This document shows positions 56,759 through 64,000 of a DNA stretch of 64,000 nt, piece by piece. Within the stretch, counting starts at the first letter, position 1. Each line of letters begins with the position of its first letter. The position numbers were made by a program, and so were the translations under genes. The stretch is from Synergistales bacterium (GTDB lineage Bacteria; Synergistota; Synergistia; Synergistales; JAFGMB01), in the NCBI GenBank assembly GCA_963666205.1, contig OY762654.1:2464001-2528000 (forward strand), given 5' to 3'. Below the pieces are notes generated by a model. It made no database searches. It was not told the DNA's origin and saw nothing but the letters and a program-made list of their open reading frames with translations.

Positions 56759-57861
56759 AAAGAGAAGGACTTGCACTTTTACTTCTCAATGCATGTGAAA
56801 GTCTGGATAAGAGGATTCTGGATATCCTGGAAAATGAAGAGGTAAGTCTTGACAGTTTCTGGGAAGAAGGACCTGATCTGTGGAAAAAGCTTCCATTAAG
56901 TGACAATATCAGATCTAAACTGATTCAATTAAAGAATGATGGCTGGGTTGAAGCAGAATGCGAAAGATGCGGCCTCCTTGGTATAAAGGTGTTAACTATC
57001 CTTGATGATCTTTATCCTGAAAGGCTCAGGGAAACTCCATGGGCTCCATTGATCCTTTATGTAAAGGGACAGTGGCCTCTCTCGGGTTCCTTTGTTGGTG
57101 TTGTGGGAACCCGGAGATGTTCTTCATATGCATTTCGAGTAGCCCATTCCCTTGGAGCAGAACTTGCTCGCTCTGGTGTGATCCCCGTTAGCGGGGGAGC
57201 AAAGGGAATAGATGGCGCAGTACATTCAGGCGCTATTGATTCCAATGGTCCTACTGTCGCGATCCTTGGAACAGGGGTGGATAAAGTATATCCGAGAGGG
57301 CATGAAAGACTATTTGATAATATAACCGGGGAAGGTTGCTTATTGAGTGAATATCCCCTTGGTACAGGTCCTTCCAACTGGAGGTTCCCAAAAAGAAACA
57401 GGATCATTTCTGCCATTTCTGAAAAACTTGTAGTAGTAGAGGCGCCTGTAAAAAGTGGTGCCATGATCACGGCCAGATATGCCATGGAACTCGGTCGTGA
57501 AGTCTGGGCAGTACCTGGTCGTATTGATGAGAATGTAGCCAGGGGATCCAATGGATTGATCTATGATGGAGCTTATCCCCTTGTTGAAATAAAATATTTC
57601 ATGGATTCATTATCCGGGGGGCAGCTTGACTTTTTTCCTGAGGGCAATTCTGGCATGAACATAACCGGTATGAGCGATGATCAGGTTCGAATAATCTATC
57701 TGCTACGTGAAAAAGGAGAGCGCACAGTTGACAACATCGTATCTGAATGTAAAATGAGCGCCGCTGAGGTTTTAAATTCTCTGGGGCTTCTGCTTGCGAG
57801 GGGGGATGTTTATCCTTCCGGTCCCGGGAGATGGAGTGCCTCATTAAAAAATAAATTTTAA
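56755..57861 (+). CDS. dprA: DNA-protecting protein DprA
   Basis: VVGTR, VSG.A.GIDG..H, FP.RNRII, VVEA...SG..ITA, GR.V.AVPG motifs. Confidence 0.95.
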   Translation: MKREGLALLLLNACESLDKRILDILENEEVSLDSFWEEGPDLWKKLPLSDNIRSKLIQLKNDGWVEAECERCGLLGIKVLTILDDLYPERLRETPWAPLILYVKGQWPLSGSFVGVVGTRRCSSYAFRVAHSLGAELARSGVIPVSGGAKGIDGAVHSGAIDSNGPTVAILGTGVDKVYPRGHERLFDNITGEGCLLSEYPLGTGPSNWRFPKRNRIISAISEKLVVVEAPVKSGAMITARYAMELGREVWAVPGRIDENVARGSNGLIYDGAYPLVEIKYFMDSLSGGQLDFFPEGNSGMNITGMSDDQVRIIYLLREKGERTVDNIVSECKMSAAEVLNSLGLLLARGDVYPSGPGRWSASLKNKF

Positions 57862-57889
57862 ATCCTTATTAATGAGAGGAATAGTAATC

Positions 57890-58162
57890 ATGGTGCCAAG
57901 GATAATGCATGATCTTGAAAGACAGTATCTTACCCTTGATGCGCAGGGTATCATATACACGGCTCTTCTGGAAGAAGAGATCTCACAGGAAGTTGCCGAA
58001 ATAGTGATCAACGAGGCTGTTAATATTGGACAATTGAAGCACGCGAAGGTAGACGGAGACCTTATGAGAGATCTTATATTTCTTATAGAGGCTGAAAAAA
58101 GTGGAGGGAACAGTGATTTTTTCCCCAACCAGGGTTCCGGAATGAATAGACCTGTTTGTTAG
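57890..58162 (+). CDS. Small protein between dprA and topA (Smg/DUF494-like)
   Basis: ER..L...AQG motif and position after dprA. Confidence 0.55.
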   Translation: MVPRIMHDLERQYLTLDAQGIIYTALLEEEISQEVAEIVINEAVNIGQLKHAKVDGDLMRDLIFLIEAEKSGGNSDFFPNQGSGMNRPVC

Positions 58163-58173
58163 GGAGGATCCAG

Positions 58174-60342
58174 ATGGCAAAGACTACTGTGAAGAAAACA
58201 AAATCCACCAGTAAGAGCGCAAAAGGTAAAACTCTTGTGGTGGTGGAGTCGCCAACCAAAGCCCATACTCTTTCGAAAATCCTTGGATCCCGTTATATGG
58301 TCAAGGCCAGTATCGGCCACATACGTGATCTGCCTAAAAGCCGTATGGCTATAGATATAGATAATGATTTTCAACCAGAATATATCATTGTAAAAGGTAA
58401 GGCAAAATTGAAAAACGAACTTGTTAAAGCTGCTTCGGAATGTGAGAAGGTACTTCTCGCATCTGACCCTGACAGGGAGGGAGAGGCTATTGCCTGGCAT
58501 CTTGCGGATATTCTTGGAGTAGGGACGGAATCTTCCTCCAGGATAAGGATATACGAGATCACATCCAAGGCTGTAAAGGAAGCTGTTAACAATCCGGAAC
58601 CAATAGATATGAATAAGGTTAATGCACAACAGGCAAGGCGTATCCTGGACAGACTGGTAGGTTATACCCTGAGTCCTCTCCTATGGAAAAAGATCAGGTA
58701 CGGGCTTTCTGCGGGAAGAGTACAGTCAGTAGCACTAACCCTTATTTGTGACAGGGAAAAGGAGATCCAGGCTTTTATTCCCAGAGAATATTGGGTTGTC
58801 ACCGTTAATGCTTCAAGTGAAGATGGACGTGTGTACTCCCTAAAGGTCGAAAGTCTTGAAGGAAAATCTCTTCTGAAAGATGGTAAACCCTTTCTCGTTT
58901 CTAATGCAGAAGAAGCCGAAAAGATAGCACTGGAGATCTCCAGAAATGAAGTAATAGTTACTGGTTTCAATACTAAAACCAGTAACAGAAACGCCCTTCC
59001 TCCCTTTAAGACCAGTACCCTTCAACAGGAGGCAGCAAGAAGACTTTCCTTTTCCCCAAGGCGGACCATGAGGATAGCCCAGTCTCTTTTCGAAGGAGTT
59101 GCAGTACCAGGAAGGGGAACAACCGGGCTTATTACCTATATGAGAACTGACAGCCTCAGGCTTGCTCCTGAAGCCCTATCAATGGCCAGAAATTTTATTT
59201 CCAGCAGTTTTTCAGAAAAATATCTGCCGGAGAAACCTAACTTCTTTTCCTCAAAGGGAAGATCCCAGGATGCTCATGAAGCCATAAGACCTACTGATGT
59301 TACCCTTACTCCCGAATTTCTTGAGGATGTTCTTAACAAAGACCAGCACAAACTTTACTCGATAATATGGAAAAGATATCTCGCTTCGCAGATGGCACCT
59401 GCAGTGGTAGCCAGCAGTAGTCTTGATGCTGAAAGCGGGCCCTATGGTCTTCGTCAGACGGGAGCAAGTCTTATCTTTGATGGCTGGAGTGCTGTATGGC
59501 CTCTGGATCTCAAAGATGAAAGTCTCCCGATCGCTGAGACGGGGGAAAATCTGACTGTAGATTCTGTGGAAAAGGATCAGCGTTTCACTAAACCTCCTGT
59601 TCGCTATTCCGAAGCAAGATTGATAAAAACTCTGGAAGATAAGGGTGTTGGCCGTCCCTCCACCTATGCCACGATCGTTGAGACCCTTTATGACAGGGAC
59701 TATGTGGAAAAAGATGAAAATAAAAGGCTTATGCCAACTCCTCTGGGTATGACAGTTGATGGATTTCTTCTCAAGTATTTCAATGAGCAGAGCTCCTCTG
59801 CTATTGTAGATGTCAGCTTTACGGCCAGGATGGAAGAGAACCTTGATGATATTGAAGACAACAACAGGCAGTGGCTTGGTGTTATCTCTGACTTCTGGAA
59901 CGACTTCAGTAAAACAATGGATGTTGCTGAAAAGGCGGAGCGGGTTGCTCTGCCCCCCCCTGAGCCTATAGGTGAAGATTGCCCTGAGTGTGGAGAACCT
60001 CTGGTAAAGAAAAGAGGTAGATTTGGTGAATTCATTGCATGTTCGGGATACCCGAAGTGCAGATTCAGCAGGCCAATCCTGGACAAGATCGGTGTCAAGT
60101 GCCCCAAGTGCGGAGATACTGAGGGTGGCGAGGTAATAAAACGCAGAAGTAAAAAAGGCAAAAGAAGGACATTTTACGGATGCTCCCGCTATCCTGAGTG
60201 TGATTTCGTTTCCTGGGATGCTCCAACAGGGGATAATTGTCCTGAATGTGGTGGACCTATGTTCAAAAAACCTGGGAAAAAACATCCGATATGCCCGGAA
60301 TGTGGATCTGAAAAGGTGAAAAATACCGATAATGAAAAGTAA
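58174..60342 (+). CDS. topA: DNA topoisomerase I
   Basis: VVESPTKA, DPDREGEAIAWH, SAGRVQS, ITYMRTDS, AHEAIRPT, GRPSTYA motifs; C-terminal Zn ribbons. Confidence 0.97.
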   Translation: MAKTTVKKTKSTSKSAKGKTLVVVESPTKAHTLSKILGSRYMVKASIGHIRDLPKSRMAIDIDNDFQPEYIIVKGKAKLKNELVKAASECEKVLLASDPDREGEAIAWHLADILGVGTESSSRIRIYEITSKAVKEAVNNPEPIDMNKVNAQQARRILDRLVGYTLSPLLWKKIRYGLSAGRVQSVALTLICDREKEIQAFIPREYWVVTVNASSEDGRVYSLKVESLEGKSLLKDGKPFLVSNAEEAEKIALEISRNEVIVTGFNTKTSNRNALPPFKTSTLQQEAARRLSFSPRRTMRIAQSLFEGVAVPGRGTTGLITYMRTDSLRLAPEALSMARNFISSSFSEKYLPEKPNFFSSKGRSQDAHEAIRPTDVTLTPEFLEDVLNKDQHKLYSIIWKRYLASQMAPAVVASSSLDAESGPYGLRQTGASLIFDGWSAVWPLDLKDESLPIAETGENLTVDSVEKDQRFTKPPVRYSEARLIKTLEDKGVGRPSTYATIVETLYDRDYVEKDENKRLMPTPLGMTVDGFLLKYFNEQSSSAIVDVSFTARMEENLDDIEDNNRQWLGVISDFWNDFSKTMDVAEKAERVALPPPEPIGEDCPECGEPLVKKRGRFGEFIACSGYPKCRFSRPILDKIGVKCPKCGDTEGGEVIKRRSKKGKRRTFYGCSRYPECDFVSWDAPTGDNCPECGGPMFKKPGKKHPICPECGSEKVKNTDNEK

Positions 60343-61660
60343 TATTTACCCCCAAACCGTAACAGTAGTAGGTGGAGGTCTGGCTGGAAGCGAGGCAGCA
60401 TGGCAACTGGCAACCAAAGGTATACGTGTTCTTCTTTATGAAATGAGACCGCTGTCTTTCACTCCGGCCCACCAGACCGGGAAATTTGCAGAACTTGTTT
60501 GCAGTAACTCTCTGGGTGCTGATGCCTTGACGAGTCCCGGAGGGATACTCAAGGCAGAAATGAGGAAGATGAATAGTCTGATAATGGATTGTGCCGATCA
60601 TTCCTCCGTTCCTGCGGGGAATGCCCTGGCAGTAGATAGAGAGATCTTTGCTGATCTTGTTACAGAAAAGATCTCTACTCATCCTTTGATCACTGTCGAA
60701 AGGAAAAACTGTATTTCCATCCCTGAGGGACCATCAATAATCGCTACGGGTCCCCTTACCAGCCCTGAATTTTCAAAAGAACTAAGTTCTTTAACAGGAG
60801 GAGAATATCTTTATTTTTTCGATGCGGTAGCTCCGGTTATTCTGCTCGAATCTGTTGATATGGACAAGGCTTTCTGGGGAGGAAGATATGGAAGGGGAAA
60901 TGATTACCTAAATTGTCCGATGAACGAAGATGAATATGATGCATTTCAGGAAGCTCTCATATCTGCAGAGGTAGCCCCGAGACATGAGTTTGAACGGGAT
61001 CTTCGTTATTTCGAGGGATGTCTTCCCATTGAGATCATAGCCTCGAGAGGTAAGGATACACTGCGTTTCGGACCTCTGAAACCTGTTGGACTTCCGGACC
61101 CATCTACAGGTAAAGAAGCTTTTGCTGTTGTTCAGCTAAGACAGGACAACAGGGAAGGAACTCTTTATAACATGGTGGGATTTCAGACAAACCTCAAATG
61201 GGGAGAACAGGAGAAAGTTTTAAGAATGATCCCTGCCCTTGCTCATGCTGAATTTGCCCGTCTTGGAGTGATGCACAGAAACATATATGTAAATGCTCCC
61301 ATTGTTCTGGATCAATATCTCAGGCTTAAGGCCCGGAATGATGTTTTTCTTGCAGGCCAGATAACAGGTGTGGAAGGTTACATGGAAAGTTCTGCCATGG
61401 GACTTGTTGCTGGTCTTAATATGACTGCATTCCTTATGGATAGGGAGATGCTCAGCTGGCCCCGTGAAACTGCTATTGGTTCCCTTCTGAATTATCTCTC
61501 TGATGCGGACCCTGAATCTTTCAGACCCATGAACGTTAACCTTGGAATCCTTCCCAAACTTGAGATGAAGATCCGGAAACGCCCGGAAAGATGCCAGGCT
61601 GTTGCCGAAAGGGCTTGCGGAGCCCTGGATCGTTTCATCGCTTCACTAGAGCAAAATTAA
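60332..61660 (+). CDS. trmFO: Methylenetetrahydrofolate-tRNA-(uracil-54) methyltransferase TrmFO
   Basis: GGGLAGSEAAWQ, AELVCSNS, FEGCLP.E, GFQTNLK..EQ, GQITGVEGY motifs. Confidence 0.96.
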   Translation: MKSNIYPQTVTVVGGGLAGSEAAWQLATKGIRVLLYEMRPLSFTPAHQTGKFAELVCSNSLGADALTSPGGILKAEMRKMNSLIMDCADHSSVPAGNALAVDREIFADLVTEKISTHPLITVERKNCISIPEGPSIIATGPLTSPEFSKELSSLTGGEYLYFFDAVAPVILLESVDMDKAFWGGRYGRGNDYLNCPMNEDEYDAFQEALISAEVAPRHEFERDLRYFEGCLPIEIIASRGKDTLRFGPLKPVGLPDPSTGKEAFAVVQLRQDNREGTLYNMVGFQTNLKWGEQEKVLRMIPALAHAEFARLGVMHRNIYVNAPIVLDQYLRLKARNDVFLAGQITGVEGYMESSAMGLVAGLNMTAFLMDREMLSWPRETAIGSLLNYLSDADPESFRPMNVNLGILPKLEMKIRKRPERCQAVAERACGALDRFIASLEQN

Positions 61661-61774
61661 CTCTATTGTTATCCTTCCTGTTTTCTTCCTCGAATAGTTT
61701 ATGTTCAAAATTCTGGCAAAACTTTATTATTCGACAGTTTCGAATAGTAGTGAGAATCTAGAAAATAGTGTAAA

Positions 61775-62671
61775 ATGATGTCTATGGAAGAAAAATTATC
61801 AGCAAAGGTGGATTCTTTCCTTAATCATCTAAGAGTTGGGATGAAATCCTCAGAACATACCGTTACGAACTATGCTGTGGATCTTTCCCAGTTTATGGAT
61901 TATCTGGATAATGAAGGTGTTAAGGAACCTGATGAAATAACCAGGCAGCATATTCGTTCCTTTATAAGAGATATTCTGGGTTTCGGTTACGCCAGAACCT
62001 CCGCTGCAAGGAAACTGTCAGCGATCAAGGGATGGCTCGTTTACCTGATGGACAGGGGAGAGATCGGATCTGATCCATCAATGGGGATCAGGGGGCCCAA
62101 GTTGCCATCTGTCCTTCCCAGGGCTCTTCCCAGGGAAGATGTTTCCATGATGCTTGAAAAGGGTGTCGAAGGTGAAAATTTCCATAGAGACAGAGCAGTA
62201 CTCGAACTTTTATATGGTAGCGGTTTAAGAATTGCAGAGGTCGCCTCGATACGTTGGGGTGATCTCGATGTTGTTGAGAGGTGGATCCGGATAAAGGGCA
62301 AGGGTAACAAGGAAAGAATAGTGCCCTTGGGATCTTATTCTATAAAGGCTCTTGAAGAATGGAAGCAATGTCCTTCCGAACCAGGAGAATTTCTTTTTCC
62401 AGGAAGGAATGGAGGACATATAACAGTAAGAACGATTTCCCGCATAGTGAAAAAAGCTGCAATGAGAGTGGGTTTATCCGGAGTTACCCCACACATGCTC
62501 AGACACAGTTTTGCTACCCATATGCTTGAGGGAGGGGCCTCCCTGAGGGTTCTTCAGGAACTATTGGGTCACGAAAGTCTTGCTACGACCCAGAGGTATC
62601 TTACTGTAACAGCAGAACATCTTAAGAAAAGTTACCTTGAAGCCCATCCACGGGCTGGAGGAGAGGATTGA
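61775..62671 (+). CDS. xerC: Tyrosine recombinase XerC/CodV
   Basis: [34 protein letters not shown] motifs; topA-trmFO-xerC-hslVU context. Confidence 0.9.
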   Translation: MMSMEEKLSAKVDSFLNHLRVGMKSSEHTVTNYAVDLSQFMDYLDNEGVKEPDEITRQHIRSFIRDILGFGYARTSAARKLSAIKGWLVYLMDRGEIGSDPSMGIRGPKLPSVLPRALPREDVSMMLEKGVEGENFHRDRAVLELLYGSGLRIAEVASIRWGDLDVVERWIRIKGKGNKERIVPLGSYSIKALEEWKQCPSEPGEFLFPGRNGGHITVRTISRIVKKAAMRVGLSGVTPHMLRHSFATHMLEGGASLRVLQELLGHESLATTQRYLTVTAEHLKKSYLEAHPRAGGED

Positions 62672-62672
62672 T

Positions 62673-63203
62673 TTGTTCAAAGGCACTACCATTTTGTGTG
62701 TGAGGAAAGGAAATCAGGTAGCCATGGCCGGTGATGGCCAGGTTACCTTGGGAGAACAGATTATAAAAGCCGGAGCTCGTAAGGTCAGACGCCTTTACGA
62801 CGGGAATGTCCTGGCAGGGTTCGCCGGAAGTACGGCTGATGCCATGACCCTTATGGAAAGATTTGAAAAAAGACTTGACGAATACAGCGGCAACCTTATG
62901 AGAGCTGCGGTTGAAATGGTTAAGGATTGGAGGATGGATCGTGCCCTGAGGAGACTTGAAGCCATGATGCTTGTCGCTGATGGAGAACAGACCCTTCTTC
63001 TTTCAGGTGCAGGTGATATTCTGGAACCTGAGAATAATGTTGCTGCTATAGGTTCTGGAGCAGGGTTTGCCCTGTCTTCTGCCAGGGCATTTATGGAAGG
63101 AAGCGACTGGGCTGCTGAAAGGATAGCCAGGAGGTCCATAGAGCTTGCTTCCGAGATCTGTATTTATACGGATAATGTTGTAACAGTGGAGGTGTTGGGC
63201 TGA
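62673..63203 (+). CDS. hslV: ATP-dependent protease subunit HslV (ClpQ)
   Basis: [45 protein letters not shown] motifs. Confidence 0.96.
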   Translation: MFKGTTILCVRKGNQVAMAGDGQVTLGEQIIKAGARKVRRLYDGNVLAGFAGSTADAMTLMERFEKRLDEYSGNLMRAAVEMVKDWRMDRALRRLEAMMLVADGEQTLLLSGAGDILEPENNVAAIGSGAGFALSSARAFMEGSDWAAERIARRSIELASEICIYTDNVVTVEVLG

Positions 63204-64000
63204 TGTCTATAATGACTGAAATGGGCCTTACTCCATCAAGCATCGTTGAATTTCTGGATCGATACATTGTAGGCCAGGATAAGGCCAAGAGAGCTGTTGC
63301 CATTGCATTGAGGAACCGCATTCGGAGAAGAATGCTTCCTGAGGAAATGGCTAGAGAAATTGCGCCTAAGAATATTCTGATGGTAGGGCCTACCGGGGTC
63401 GGAAAAACAGAGATCGCCAGAAGACTTGCAGAACTTGTAAAGGCTCCATTTGTGAAGGTAGAGGCTACCAAGTTTACCGAAGTGGGTTATGTGGGTAGAG
63501 ATGTCGAATCCATTATCCGGGATCTCACTGAAGCCTCCATTCAGATGGTCAAGAAGCATAAAATGGAAGAAGTCCAGGTTCAGGCTGCTGAATTGGCTGA
63601 ACAGAGGTTAGTCGATTTTCTCCTTCCACAACCCAAAAAGAGATCGATGGTCCCTGATTTTATGAAGGTTTTTACCGGGGGGGAACAGGAGAAGGTGAAA
63701 GAGGAAGAAGAACCAGGAGTGGAAGAGGAAGACAGAATCAGAGAATCCACGAGGAACAAGCTTTTTGCCATGTTACGGGCTGGGAAATTTGATGATAGAG
63801 AAGTGGAGATAGAGGTCCAGGAGAGTTCTCAGATGGGCATTCCCATACTTGGGGGAGCTGGCCTTGATTCGATGGGCATCGATATTGGTGAGATGCTGGG
63901 AGGAATGCTTCCCAAAAAGACAAAGAGAAGAAGAATGAAAGTTTCTCAGGCAAGACGGGTTATTCAGTCCGAAGAAGCAGAGAAACTCATCGATATGGAA
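63203..64000 (+). CDS. hslU: ATP-dependent protease ATPase subunit HslU (ClpY), 3' truncated by the window edge
   Basis: Translated by hand: LTPSSIVEFLDRYIVGQDKAKRAVAIALRNR, PKNILMVGPTGVGKTEIARR, KVEATKFTEVGYVGRDVES. Confidence 0.96.
   Translation, partial: MSIMTEMGLTPSSIVEFLDRYIVGQDKAKRAVAIALRNRIRRRMLPEEMAREIAPKNILMVGPTGVGKTEIARRLAELVKAPFVKVEATKFTEVGYVGRDVESIIRDLTEASIQMVKKHKMEEVQVQAAELAEQRLVDFLLPQPKKRSMVPDFMKVFTGGEQEKVKEEEEPGVEEEDRIRESTRNKLFAMLRAGKFDDREVEIEVQESSQMGIPILGGAGLDSMGIDIGEMLGGMLPKKTKRRRMKVSQARRVIQSEEAEKLIDME

Noticed and set aside
61775-62671. Tyrosine recombinase as a possible mobile-element integrase
   Set aside because: It sits in the conserved topA-trmFO-xerC-hslVU housekeeping context, with no att sites or cargo seen.
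1-64000. CRISPR array, prophage, transposase or rRNA
   Set aside because: No regularly spaced repeats, phage or transposase motifs, or rRNA sequence seen.

Overview
Bacterial chromosomal window, most likely from an anaerobic amino-acid-fermenting Synergistota; the inference rests on a Synergist-CTERM-type GGGGCNA-TM-basic tail and on gene content. The left two-thirds is accessory and metabolic: a sulfur-handling cluster (rhodanese, 2x YeeE/YedE, SLC13), typA, a selenocysteine peroxiredoxin (prxU, split in the ORF track by its UGA), a lipid-modification cluster (DUF1295, CFA-like methyltransferase, DAK2-DegV), a ybaK pseudogene, a polar amino-acid ABC transporter, and a TetR-controlled amino-acid oxidation locus. 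The right end is conserved housekeeping (lepB-rbgA-rnhB-yraN-comM-dprA-topA-trmFO-xerC-hslVU). The most unusual observations are: (1) a ~400-nt promoter-to-terminator unit at 20.9-21.3 kb with strong RNA structure and no convincing ORF, a candidate novel ncRNA; (2) a secreted three-gene module of two paralogous alpha-helical toroid-like proteins sandwiching a CapA-family protein; (3) tandem Leu/Phe/Val-type dehydrogenases that appear identical except in two blocks mapping to substrate-pocket motifs; (4) a 2.5-kb iorAB duplication whose only visible difference is an inverted terminator loop; (5) a carnitine/choline acyltransferase next to butyrate kinase. All calls are from motif recognition by eye; no database searches were run.
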